NCBI GenBank assembly: GCA_963735595.1
Contig: CAVTLK010000002.1
Coordinates: 352,001-416,000, forward strand
Direction of reading: 5' to 3'
Length of the DNA stretch: 64,000 nucleotides
Source of the DNA: an uncultured delta proteobacterium
GTDB taxonomy: Bacteria > Desulfobacterota > Zymogenia > Zymogenales > Zymogenaceae
In this document: one piece after another, positions 8,936-20,662 of the stretch
Layout: each line of letters opens with the position of its first letter
Position numbering within the stretch: position 1 is the first letter of the stretch
Program-made: the position numbers and the translations under genes
The notes under the pieces: model-generated
What the model was told of the DNA's origin: nothing
Databases searched by the model: none
What the model saw: only the letters and a program-made list of their open reading frames with translations

Positions 8936-9345
8936 TTTCTCTTTCTCCGTGCGTCACCAGTGAATTGGCCGTAGTCCCGGTAGTAGTCAGACTCGTCGAA
9001 ATAGTCGGAGGCCAGCACGAGGCACACCGCACCGGAAGAGAAATTATCTATCTCACGCCAGATCATCGGGCAGACATAGAGGCCGTAATAGCTCCTGTTC
9101 ATACTGGCGGTTTTCTTCGAGTGCCCATCGTCGAGGTGGACGTCAAAAGAGCCTGACAGCGCGATAATAAACTCGTGCTGGGCCTTATGCGCGTGCCCGC
9201 CGCGCTCCGAACCGCCGGGTATATCGTACAGGTAGTATACGCGGCGGATATCGAAGGGGATATGACGTCCGGACTCGATGAACGTAAGGTTGCCTCGCGG
9301 ATTAGCTATTTCCGGCAGGTCGTAAAGGCTGCACCGATCAATCAT
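8932..9345 (-). CDS. fdtA: dTDP-4-keto-6-deoxyhexose 3,4-ketoisomerase (FdtA/QdtA cupin)
   Basis: RGNLTFIE, IPFDIRRVYYLY, RGGHAH, LVLASD..DESDY.RDY. Confidence 0.9.
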   Translation of the reverse strand: MIDRCSLYDLPEIANPRGNLTFIESGRHIPFDIRRVYYLYDIPGGSERGGHAHKAQHEFIIALSGSFDVHLDDGHSKKTASMNRSYYGLYVCPMIWREIDNFSSGAVCLVLASDYFDESDYYRDYGQFTGDARRKRK

Positions 9346-9775
9346 TCTTCATCACTATTAGTTAGGACCGAGAATCCGAGTCAGCGGGTTCTCTCATGAG
9401 AAACGCTTTTCACCGTGCAGTATAGCAAAAGACGGGCTTTTTTGCCACAATTACAGTTCCCTGCATTCAAAACGGACCTCCCGGGCGGCATCTTGCATTC
9501 AATGATCGACCCCCGAGCCCGTTACCAGTCCGAGGAGCTGTATCCGAATCGTCGGCCTCAAGACGCGGCCATACTATCGGGAACCCGTTCATTCTCCCTG
9601 TCGCCCGATGCAGATAGGGCGTGATTATTCCTTTTCTCGTTACCGGGTATTTGACTAGTCAACGGGGCTGTGGTAAATTGTATAACATATATTTGCCTGA
9701 CATGACCATACGTCACGCCGAAAAAAGGGAAGTTCTTATCACTATCAATCGCATATCGACAAAACAAAAAACTCC

Positions 9776-10867
9776 ATGTACATCGAAGAATTGATCAAGG
9801 CGCGCAATGAAATCGCCGAGATGGAGGTCTTAGAGGCATCCATCCTGGAGGCGATACCTCACGCCGTCATCGGGTTGCAGGATAGAAGGATTATTTTTGT
9901 CAATCAGGGGGTCACGGCTGTATTCGGCTGGACATCGGATGAACTGACCGGCAGGAATACCCGTCTTCTGTACCGGACGGAAAAGGATTATGAAAGGATC
10001 GCCGGCAAACTCTATTCCGTTCTGGAAAAGCAGCCCATTGCCAGCATGGAGTTCCCCTGTGTACGGAAAGACGGTACGGAAATAGAATGCATGATCAACG
10101 CAGCGCGAATCGGTAAAAAATTAACAGAAAAACGAGTGGTTATTACCTATGAGGATATTACGGACCGGAAACGGGCAGTACAAGAACTTGAATTGTCACG
10201 ACAGCAGTTGCGCAAATTATCGGCGCACCTTGAATCAATACGGGAAAAGGAAAGAACCCGCATCGCACGTGAGCTGCACGATGAGTTAGGGCAGCTTCTG
10301 ACGGCAATGAATACGGACATCATCCTGCTGAAAAACAAGATCCCGGCTGGGCAGACGGTGCTGTCTGACAGAGTTGAGAGCCTCTCCTCCCTCGTTGATC
10401 TGACAATGAAGACCGTCAAGCAGATTTATATGGGGTTGCGTCCGGGCATGCTCGATCATCTCGGCCTGACAGCGGCTATCGCCTGGCAGGCAGAGGAATT
10501 TTCCAGACGCACCGGCATCGCCTGCAATGTATCCTTCAGTCCGGAAGATATGGTTGTCGATCCGGATTTAACGACGACTGTATTTCGCATTTTTCAAGAA
10601 ACCTTGACGAACGTGCAGCGTCACGCCGAGGCCACGAGAGTGACTGTCCGTCTGAAGGCAACCAACGACCGTCTCGAGTTTGTTGTCAAGGATAACGGCA
10701 AGGGCATCACGCATCGTCAGATGAAAAAACCCGATTCATTCGGTTTGCTGGGAATCAAGGAACGGGTCTATCACTGGGGAGGAAAGGAGGCCATCGTCGG
10801 GAAAAGCGGACGGGGCACTACCATAACGATCAGCATCCCCTTGCCAAAGACGGGAGAAAGATCATGA
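9776..10867 (+). CDS. Soluble PAS plus HisKA_3 sensor histidine kinase
   Basis: PAS domain, ERTRIARELHDELGQ H-box, QETLTNVQRHA, DNGKG, FGLLG. Confidence 0.9.
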   Translation: MYIEELIKARNEIAEMEVLEASILEAIPHAVIGLQDRRIIFVNQGVTAVFGWTSDELTGRNTRLLYRTEKDYERIAGKLYSVLEKQPIASMEFPCVRKDGTEIECMINAARIGKKLTEKRVVITYEDITDRKRAVQELELSRQQLRKLSAHLESIREKERTRIARELHDELGQLLTAMNTDIILLKNKIPAGQTVLSDRVESLSSLVDLTMKTVKQIYMGLRPGMLDHLGLTAAIAWQAEEFSRRTGIACNVSFSPEDMVVDPDLTTTVFRIFQETLTNVQRHAEATRVTVRLKATNDRLEFVVKDNGKGITHRQMKKPDSFGLLGIKERVYHWGGKEAIVGKSGRGTTITISIPLPKTGERS

Positions 10868-11508
10868 CAGACAAAAAGATCAGAATCCTTATTGCCGACG
10901 ATCACCCCATTGTCCGTGCAGGTTTCAAGCAGGTTCTTTCAGAAACGCCTGATCTCGTTGTCGAGGACGAAGCGGGAAACGGGCAGGAAGTCCTCGCGTG
11001 TATTAAAAAGAAACAATACGATGTCGTCCTGTTGGATATTTCAATGCCCGGGAAGAACGGCCTGGAAATCCTGCGGGAGTTGAAAGTCGACTATCCGAAG
11101 CTCCCCGTTCTTATTCTCAGCATTTACCCCGAAGAGCAATACGCCATCCGGGCGTTGCGGGCGGGAGCAGCCGGCTATCTGACAAAGGCAAGCGCGCCCC
11201 ATGAATTGATTTCGGCGATTCGGAAGATTTCCGCAGGCGCACGCTACATCAGCGCGTCCCTCGGCGAAAAGCTGGCCGACTATCTGGACACCGACATGAC
11301 GAAACTACCCCACGAAACCCTGTCCGATCGCGAGCATCAAGTCATGCAGCTTATAGCATCCGGAAAGACCGTTTCGGAAATCGCCGAGATTCTGCATCTG
11401 AGCGTCAAAACCATCAGCACCTACCGCTCCCACATTCTGGAAAAGATGAAGATGAAAAGCAATGCCGAAATTATCCTGTACGCAGTACAGAACGAACTCG
11501 TCGGGTAG
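10864..11508 (+). CDS. NarL/LuxR-family response regulator
   Basis: IADDH, LLDISMPG, LSDRE..IA..L.LSVKTISTYR helix-turn-helix; ATGA overlap with the kinase. Confidence 0.93.
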   Translation: MTDKKIRILIADDHPIVRAGFKQVLSETPDLVVEDEAGNGQEVLACIKKKQYDVVLLDISMPGKNGLEILRELKVDYPKLPVLILSIYPEEQYAIRALRAGAAGYLTKASAPHELISAIRKISAGARYISASLGEKLADYLDTDMTKLPHETLSDREHQVMQLIASGKTVSEIAEILHLSVKTISTYRSHILEKMKMKSNAEIILYAVQNELVG

Positions 11509-11590
11509 CCGCCGCATATCCCTTCATCACCGCCGGGAGTGACGCAGGGGCTTCTCCATCCTGAAGACGTATTTTCGGCAATTGCACCCC

Positions 11591-12250
11591 TCATGCAGCC
11601 CATTCAACAGCCGCATCCGCACTGAGACGCGGGCCGGTAATGTCCTGAACCTCCTGTACCGTCCAGCCTGGAGCCATTTCCCGAAGGTGCAATCCGTTTT
11701 TCGTAATATCGATAACCGCGACGTCGGTCACCACCATCGATACGCACCGCCGGGCGGTGATCGGGTAGGTACAGTCGGTCACAAGCTTCGGTTCTCCCTG
11801 CGGGGTCGTATGCTTCATCATGACAATGACCTTTTTGGCGCCGGAGGCGAGATCCATCGCCCCGCCATAGCTTCCAACCTTCCTGCCGAGGACCTTCCAG
11901 TTAGCCAGATCTCCTTTCTCAGAGACCTGGAACCCGCCGAGCACCGTAACGTCAAGATGTCCCCCCCGGATCATGGCGAATGCCTCGGCGCTGTCGAAAA
12001 ATGATGCGCCCGGAATCACCGTAACGTTTTCGTCCCCTGCGTTGCCGAGGTCCTTATCTTCCATTCCCGCAGCAGCATGGGGGCCGACCCCCAGCACCCC
12101 GTTTTCGGAATGGATAAGTACGTGAACGCCGGGAGGGATATACGATGCAACCATCATGGGCATCCCGATGCCGAGATTAACGCAAAATCCATCTTTGAGT
12201 TCCCGCGCCACGCGCCTGGCCATCTGCTCTTCTGATATTCTTTCCTTCAT
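11591..12250 (-). CDS. 3-oxoacid CoA-transferase subunit B (ScoB/AtoA family)
   Basis: VNLGIGMP, HSENG (catalytic Glu), GGAMDL; ATG 12250 after a GGAGG RBS is preferred over GTG 12265. Confidence 0.9.
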   Translation of the reverse strand: MKERISEEQMARRVARELKDGFCVNLGIGMPMMVASYIPPGVHVLIHSENGVLGVGPHAAAGMEDKDLGNAGDENVTVIPGASFFDSAEAFAMIRGGHLDVTVLGGFQVSEKGDLANWKVLGRKVGSYGGAMDLASGAKKVIVMMKHTTPQGEPKLVTDCTYPITARRCVSMVVTDVAVIDITKNGLHLREMAPGWTVQEVQDITGPRLSADAAVEWAA

Positions 12251-12255
12251 GGTTC

Positions 12256-13224
12256 TTAGTTGCACCTCCCGTTTCGAACGTACACGATACGATCTACAAA
12301 CAAAGATGGAGTCATGACCTGATCCGGGTCAAGGGCGTCCGGTTCGATAAGGTTTTCAGCTTCCACTACGGTCGTCTTTGCCGCCATGGCCATTATCGGG
12401 TTGAAATTGCGCGCCGATTTCCTGTATACGAGGTTTCCCAGTGTATCGGAGGTATGGGCCTTGATCAGCGCGAAATCCGCCTTGAGCGAATATTCGAGCA
12501 GCATTTCACGGCCGTCAATGACGCGTGTTTCCCTTTCTTCAGAGGCTTCCGTGCCGACCCCCGTAGGAGTATAAAACGCGCCGATGCCGGCGCCGCCCGC
12601 CCGGATTCGTTCCGCGAGGGTTCCCTGGGGCACGAGATCGACGTCGACCTGGCCTTCCATTGCCGCACGCTCAAGCACGCTTACTTTTTTGGGCGACCCG
12701 AACACGGCAAAACAGGTGATAACCTTTTTGACCATCCCCGCCTGAATGAGAATATCCACGTCTATGGGGTTTTTCCATCCTCCGCTTGCGTCGTTTCGGA
12801 TGACGGTAAGGTCCTTCGGCCCCAGATCGCGCAGGGCCAGGAGAAGATTTGACGGTGTCCCCCTTGCTGTGAACCCTCCGACCATGATGGTTGCGCCGTC
12901 ACGTATCCCGGCCACCGCTTCTTTGCACGTCGCGTATAATTTTTTTCCGTTGCCTTGCGCCCTTTCCCTCTCAACGCGTAACCGGCTGTTTGAGACGGCG
13001 GCTCGGGCATCCCCCGTTTGCCTGCCGTCCGTGTTGCTGAAAGCCCCCCATGGATTGACATTCGGATCATCTTTACAGGTCGGGCAAAAATAGCGGGCGC
13101 TCAAATCTTCAGCACCGCCGCCCCATATCTCCAGCTTGCAGCAATCGCCGCATATCTCCGTTCGGCAGTTGTCACATTCCGTTTTTGCCTCTTTTTTTCC
13201 ACAGGCTGTACATTTTCGTTCCAT
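12256..13224 (-). CDS. 3-oxoacid CoA-transferase subunit A with an N-terminal Cys-rich zinc-finger domain
   Basis: GATIMVGGF, PQGTLAERIRAGGAGIGAFYTPTGVGT, SARNFNP; N-terminus has four CxxC pairs; ATG 13224 has a GGAG RBS. Confidence 0.85.
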   Translation of the reverse strand: MERKCTACGKKEAKTECDNCRTEICGDCCKLEIWGGGAEDLSARYFCPTCKDDPNVNPWGAFSNTDGRQTGDARAAVSNSRLRVERERAQGNGKKLYATCKEAVAGIRDGATIMVGGFTARGTPSNLLLALRDLGPKDLTVIRNDASGGWKNPIDVDILIQAGMVKKVITCFAVFGSPKKVSVLERAAMEGQVDVDLVPQGTLAERIRAGGAGIGAFYTPTGVGTEASEERETRVIDGREMLLEYSLKADFALIKAHTSDTLGNLVYRKSARNFNPIMAMAAKTTVVEAENLIEPDALDPDQVMTPSLFVDRIVYVRNGRCN

Positions 13225-13583
13225 TGCCCCACTCCTTGTTTGGTCGGTAGACGACACGATCTATCTCTATTCCCTATTCTTCTTTGTAGTGACACTCTAC
13301 TCTCAGACGCTTTTCCCGGCAATCAGTCCGGGTCTGATTTTTTAATGGGAAAAGGGATGGAATTGACTTCAGACAAAAGGCGGCTTTGCCATCGGTGTTT
13401 GTCTGATGGAAGCAGACTGGTTCCGTCAATATCAAAACGGCACGCACCTTTTTGCCCTGTCATCGAAGATTGATCAGAGTCAATTTGCACTGTGGGGACC
13501 TTTTGTAAGCAAGGTAATTCGGGCCTATCTATAAGTCGGCGTCAGTAAGGCTCAAAGGCATATACGCTGACGACAATAACCGT

Positions 13584-13757
13584 CTACCATCGGGAGGCCT
13601 CGGCATACTCCTCCCGAGTATCCTCGACAGGGTATTTCAAATACTGCTCGGCGCTCTTGATCGTCGAGTGACCAGGGAGTTGTTTCAGTTTCGCAGGGTT
13701 ATTCGTACTTCTGAGGAAGTTAACGGCAAACAATGGCGGAGCGTACGAGGATGGCCA
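13584..13757 (-). pseudogene. Decayed C-terminal fragment of a tyrosine recombinase/integrase
   Basis: Hand translation HPRTLRH/(frameshift)FAVNFL..LKQLPGHSTIKSAEQY..* matches HPHxLRHSFA..LLGHSxIxTTxxY with substitutions; no upstream ORF. Confidence 0.7.
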
Positions 13758-13774
13758 CAAGGCTCAATTTAGAG

Positions 13775-13826
13775 TTGACATTGATTCTATATTAGTATAA
13801 TATTATTATTTAGGAAACAATTCCGA
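13775..13826 (+). promoter_or_regulatory. Sigma70 promoter and possible Fur/PerR operator of perR-katG
   Basis: TTGACA (13775) and TATAAT (13796; 15-bp spacer, or TAATAT at 17 bp); AT-rich TATAATATTATTAT and inverted repeat GGAA-ACAA-TTCC. Confidence 0.55.
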
Positions 13827-13834
13827 TTTAGGAT

Positions 13835-16523
<2,689 letters not shown>

Positions 16524-16624
16524 TCTCAACTGAGACGGCTATTACGCGTTGCGCCCAAATAGAGATCGGGCCGAGATCTGGAGACACACAATACTGTATC
16601 TCTTGTTAAGCCAATTGATATGCT

Positions 16625-16658
16625 CCTCCCTCGCTCTTAAAAGCGGGGGAGGTTTTTT
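16625..16658 (+). terminator. Intrinsic terminator after katG
   Basis: CCTCCCTCGCT/AGCGGGGGAGG stem followed by TTTTTT. Confidence 0.7.
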
Positions 16659-17018
16659 ATGCCCGTTTTGTGGATTGCTTTAGATTCATCACTATTCCGA
16701 GCATAGGCTTAAAACAAGATAACATAGATCGAACGGCAAAAGACACCAATAAGCGATAGTGTTTCCGGTACCGGCCTGTATATCGGGCCCCTGCCGCGCC
16801 GAGGCGTCCGTATGCGTCTGTGGGGATATCCGCCGCGATCTGACCTACGCCTACTTTTACCGCTCGAGAGTGCGGGTAGGATGCGGGGGGTGCCGGAAGT
16901 TTAGAGCGGGTTTCAGTCGATGCGATCCAGTATTTAACGGGAACAATAAAAAACGACAAAGAACGATTGACTAACAGGAAAGCGTATGATAACCTTTCCT
17001 CAAGATCTTTGTTTCATC

Positions 17019-17093
17019 GCGCCCGTAGCTCAGGGGATAGAGCACAGCGCTCCGGACGCTGGTGCGCAGGTTCGAGTCCTGCCGGGCGCACCA
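17019..17093 (+). tRNA. tRNA-Arg(CCG)
   Basis: GCGCCCG acceptor stem pairs with CGGGCGC-A-CCA; anticodon arm CAGCG-CTCCGGA-CGCTG; T-loop GGTTCGAGTCC. Confidence 0.97.
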
Positions 17094-17123
17094 CTTGTTT
17101 CTGGATATTTGGCGGAGTAGCAC

Positions 17124-17414
17124 ATGAAGGTGCAGGCGTTCGTCGGCGGAAAGGAGATCAGCCTCAACGAATTCGTTGAGCTGTACGTCGGCAATGTCTT
17201 TGCCGGGGTGGCCAATTCCCTCAGGGGGATTAAAATTCCCCGTCGTCTTGAATTTACGGTTCAAAAAGGCGTCGTAGCTATCACGGCAGACGGCGCGCCC
17301 ATCGACCTTGCCGGCTTTGCCGCGCAGATCGTCAACGATACGGTTATGGCTACCCTCAAACACCTCAAGGGTTTTTCATCCGATGACCTTGTACGTATCG
17401 TGATCGAGCTATGA
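17124..17414 (+). CDS. Small protein of two tandem repeats, resembling MobB C-terminal extensions
   Basis: GGAG RBS; repeats VGGKEISLNEFV..SLRG and ADGAPIDLAGFA..HLKG. Confidence 0.65.
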   Translation: MKVQAFVGGKEISLNEFVELYVGNVFAGVANSLRGIKIPRRLEFTVQKGVVAITADGAPIDLAGFAAQIVNDTVMATLKHLKGFSSDDLVRIVIEL

Positions 17415-17427
17415 AGGAGACCTCCTG

Positions 17428-17625
17428 ATGATCGAGATCTATAAACTTCTCGGGATTATTCTGGTAATTACCGGAGCCGTCGATATGATTATACTTCCCC
17501 GAATAATAGCGAGGGCAAAGGGTGATGCGAACACCCCCCTTGTCACCGCCGCTATCTGGGTCATGGCGTTGGCTACGATGATTGCGGGGGGTCTGTGTTT
17601 CTTCGGTATATTCGGGACGTTTTAG
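17428..17625 (+). CDS. Small two-TM membrane protein
   Basis: AAGGAG RBS; two hydrophobic segments. Confidence 0.65.
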   Translation: MIEIYKLLGIILVITGAVDMIILPRIIARAKGDANTPLVTAAIWVMALATMIAGGLCFFGIFGTF

Positions 17626-17638
17626 ACGGGGGCGAACC

Positions 17639-17899
17639 ATGGAGAACCACGATACCTACAACGATAACGACGAACAGGAAGAAACCCGGGATGCCGTATA
17701 TGGCGACGTTCCTTCAATGTCGTCACCCCATACCCGAATAGACGCGACCCAGATGAAACCAACGGGGACAGGGTGTCGAACGTTAGTTATTTTTATCCTG
17801 ATTATTTCTGTGGTGCTTGGCTTCATCTATTTGTATAAACAAAACCAGTCTCCCGAGCAGCCGATCCGCGAAAACACTCCTCCGGGGCAAACCAGATAG
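17639..17899 (+). CDS. Small single-pass membrane protein
   Basis: ATG 17639 after GGGGG; acidic N-terminus and one TM helix. Confidence 0.55.
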   Translation: MENHDTYNDNDEQEETRDAVYGDVPSMSSPHTRIDATQMKPTGTGCRTLVIFILIISVVLGFIYLYKQNQSPEQPIRENTPPGQTR

Positions 17900-18022
17900 T
17901 AAATCCGATACGAATCAGATAGCGGAACTCCTCACGCAAGGATGGGGTGTCGCTGACTATCCTGCGGGCGGCGGCCGGCGTGACGGCGAGTGCTGCTTTC
18001 GTATCGTGCCATAGGCTCCCAT

Positions 18023-18052
18023 AAAAACCGAGGGGGGCTTGCGCCCCCCCTC
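18023..18052 (-). terminator. Intrinsic terminator of the lipoprotein gene
   Basis: GAGGGGGGC/GCCCCCCCTC stem; T-tract on the minus strand. Confidence 0.7.
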
Positions 18053-18056
18053 TCTA

Positions 18057-18413
18057 TTATCGCGTGTTCCCCCAGACGTACCAGTTGGGATAGACGTAAA
18101 CCCAGTACCCCGGCGGGATGTTATTGTAGCCGGCGTATGAAGTGCCGGTGTAGTATCCCCAGTCGTAGAAGTTGCCGTAGCTCGCCTGGTCCTGGGGAAC
18201 GTACAGCGTTATGAGAAGATTGTAGTACTTACCGTTGACGGATGCGGCGGTCATTTCGGGAGTCACGGTTACGCCGCCCCCGGGGTTTATTACGCCCGGC
18301 TGGCCGGGCCCCGTCTGGGCCTTACCGCCGAACAAACCCCTGACCGCGTCACAGCCCGACAAGGCGAGAGCCGACGCCAATACCAAACAGATAACGACCA
18401 ATAATTTCTTCAT
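18057..18413 (-). CDS. Lipoprotein with a Tyr/Trp-rich C-terminal domain
   Basis: AGGAGG RBS, MKK plus hydrophobic core plus LSGC lipobox; GYWVYVYPNWYVWG. Confidence 0.8.
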   Translation of the reverse strand: MKKLLVVICLVLASALALSGCDAVRGLFGGKAQTGPGQPGVINPGGGVTVTPEMTAASVNGKYYNLLITLYVPQDQASYGNFYDWGYYTGTSYAGYNNIPPGYWVYVYPNWYVWGNTR

Positions 18414-18710
18414 CCTGTGGCCTCCTGACCTTAAAAAAATAGACGGATAACTCCCGGCTTGCGCCGATATGCCCTGAGTTGGTACTCGCGCAATAGTGCG
18501 GCAATGGCGAGGACCGGGACATTCCGATACATTCGGAACGCAGTATACCACGTGCGCTGCAACTAAGTAAATACACGGTTGACTACCCAATTCCCGTGAT
18601 CTGCCTCACTATTTTGCACATGACTCGGTGATTCCGGGGATAACGCTTTTTCTTGAAATAGACGTTCCGATACGTTATAGTAAAATGATTGCTTTATTTA
18701 TTCGGAATCC

Positions 18711-19517
18711 ATGGGCATTATTACACTCTGCCATCCTGACGATCTGAAATCGTGCGGCGCATGCTGCGGCCTCTATAACTGGGTTGATCACTCCCGGGAA
18801 CGGATATCGAGGCTGATGCACGAGCGAACCGATACGTTCGTCTCGGGGATGCGCCGCGGGAGATCAATTAAGGACACCAAGGCGTTACTTCTTTCAGTAG
18901 ATACTCCCGACAAACTCTTCGGCCCCATATACAACTGCCCCTTTGTCGGCTTCGTTGATAATCAGCGGCGTCGGGTCGGGTGTATGATCCACCCGATCAA
19001 TAACGACGGGAGGGAGTTGAGGGACATATCGCTGTACGGCGCCGAGATCTGCAACGGGCACGAGTGCCCGAGTTTCTCGTACCTCACCGAGGCCGAAAAG
19101 CGTGCCGTAACCTGTGTGATAGACGATTGGTACCTCTATGGGCTGGTTATCTGCGATATTGATCTTGTTAAGGAGTTCTTCACGATACTCGCGAACACCC
19201 TCGGCGAAGAGGTACGGGCCGATCTGCTGGCTGACGGCAGGGTCAGAGAGGCGGCCCTGGCCTTTTTTTCCCTCAAGGAGTCCTGGCCGTTTTCCTCAAA
19301 GGAGAAGAGGTTCGGTAAATATTCCTTTTCCATCTCCGAATACCGGCTGGAAAGGCAACTCGGGGCCCGGCAGCTCTCGATCCCCCCGTCCCCCTATCAC
19401 AGGATATTCCTGAGCCTTGCGTCGGATTTTGCAACCCGGCACGAATTCGACGACGCCCACCGGATCGTTGAGGGATGCATGGATAATTTTCTATCGGCCT
19501 ACCGTGAGGCGTCATGA
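18711..19517 (+). CDS. Cys-rich putative metal/Fe-S-binding protein
   Basis: SCGACCG, CPF, GCMIHP, CNGHEC; overlaps the dtd start. Confidence 0.7.
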   Translation: MGIITLCHPDDLKSCGACCGLYNWVDHSRERISRLMHERTDTFVSGMRRGRSIKDTKALLLSVDTPDKLFGPIYNCPFVGFVDNQRRRVGCMIHPINNDGRELRDISLYGAEICNGHECPSFSYLTEAEKRAVTCVIDDWYLYGLVICDIDLVKEFFTILANTLGEEVRADLLADGRVREAALAFFSLKESWPFSSKEKRFGKYSFSISEYRLERQLGARQLSIPPSPYHRIFLSLASDFATRHEFDDAHRIVEGCMDNFLSAYREAS

Positions 19518-19963
19518 GGGCCGTGATCCAGCGGGTAAGCCGGTCCACGGTCACCGTTGACGGGAAGACCGCAGGCCACATCGATCGGGGGATCCTGGTT
19601 TTCCTCGGCGTGGAGAAAGGCGATTGTGAATCAGACGCCCGATATCTGGTGGAAAAGATCGTAAACCTGAGGATTTTCGAGGACGATAATGGTAAGATGA
19701 ACCGCCACCTTTCTGACGTTGGCGGCTCCCTCCTGGTCGTGTCCCAGTTTACCCTGTTGGGCGACGTCCGCAAGGGGAGGCGTCCTTCCTTTGTGGACGC
19801 CGAAGAGCCCGAAAGGGCAGAGCAGCTTTACGAGCTTTTCATGACCCTGGCAAAAGAGGGAGGGGTACACGTTTCGGGGGGCGTCTTTCAGGCGATGATG
19901 GAGGTCTTGCTGGTCAACGACGGTCCCGTAACCTTCATTATCGACAGTAAGAAGAGGTTTTGA
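19514..19963 (+). CDS. dtd: D-aminoacyl-tRNA deacylase
   Basis: [19 protein letters not shown]. Confidence 0.96.
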   Translation: MRAVIQRVSRSTVTVDGKTAGHIDRGILVFLGVEKGDCESDARYLVEKIVNLRIFEDDNGKMNRHLSDVGGSLLVVSQFTLLGDVRKGRRPSFVDAEEPERAEQLYELFMTLAKEGGVHVSGGVFQAMMEVLLVNDGPVTFIIDSKKRF

Positions 19964-19967
19964 CCGA

Positions 19968-20447
19968 ATGCCGGCTCGCGAGATGGTCCAGGACTACGTC
20001 ATCCGAATCGATCGGGAAGGCTACTGGTTTTATAACGGAAGTCAGATCATCCATCCCAACGTCCTGAAGGTGTTCAACGACGGTCTCTTCCTTGGTGAAG
20101 ATAACAACCACTACCTGAGGGTAGAAGACGATATTGCGTATATCGAAGTCGAGGACACCCCGTTTGTCGTGCGGAGGGTAGGACCGATCGAACGCGAGAG
20201 AGAGCTCGCCGGCTTTACGATCGGGCTTTCCGACGGGACCGAGGAAACGCTCGACCTCGGTTCCCTGGAAATAAATCGGAACAATATTCCCTACTGCACG
20301 GTAAGAAAGGGCATGAGGGCCCGCTTCACCTCACAGGCGTATTATATGCTGGCCGAGTATATCGAGTATGACGAGAGATACGATTCATATTTCGTCCGCT
20401 CGGGCGGCACGGTCCACACCATCATCTACCAGGGGCAAAGCCAATGA
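19968..20447 (+). CDS. DUF1285-like protein
   Basis: IRIDREGYWFYNG..I, IEVEDTPFV, YCTVR...ARF. Confidence 0.65.
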   Translation: MPAREMVQDYVIRIDREGYWFYNGSQIIHPNVLKVFNDGLFLGEDNNHYLRVEDDIAYIEVEDTPFVVRRVGPIERERELAGFTIGLSDGTEETLDLGSLEINRNNIPYCTVRKGMRARFTSQAYYMLAEYIEYDERYDSYFVRSGGTVHTIIYQGQSQ

Positions 20448-20647
20448 AGGGTGAGATACGATACCTGCTCGGAAGGGAAGTCGAAGTGGTGGCACACGGT
20501 ATTATCTATCGGGGCCGTCTCATCGAAGTGGGGATCGAAGAGGTGTACCTCAAGGGTGATACGGGTTGGATCACGCTCATGACACCCGATATCGAAGATA
20601 TCAGGGAGAGCGGGGCGAAAAAACGGGACGAAACCATCGTCGATTGA
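20444..20647 (+). CDS. Small hypothetical protein, possible Sm/LSm-like fold
   Basis: LLGREVEVV..IIYRGRLIEV..VYL; ATGA overlap with the upstream gene. Confidence 0.6.
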   Translation: MKGEIRYLLGREVEVVAHGIIYRGRLIEVGIEEVYLKGDTGWITLMTPDIEDIRESGAKKRDETIVD

Positions 20648-20662
20648 GCGCAGGAGGCTCGT

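Noticed and set aside
13368..13406. TCAGACAAA...TTTGTCTGA inverted repeat upstream of the CoA-transferase
   Set aside because: Single 9-bp repeat with no recognisable riboswitch or operator; could be chance.
16657..16974. ORFs of 100 and 71 aa between katG and the tRNA
   Set aside because: No clear RBS, motif or protein-like composition.
18440..18485. c-di-GMP-I riboswitch-like hairpin in the lipoprotein leader
   Set aside because: Has a GNRA hairpin but lacks the conserved GACGCAAAGCC segment and second stem.
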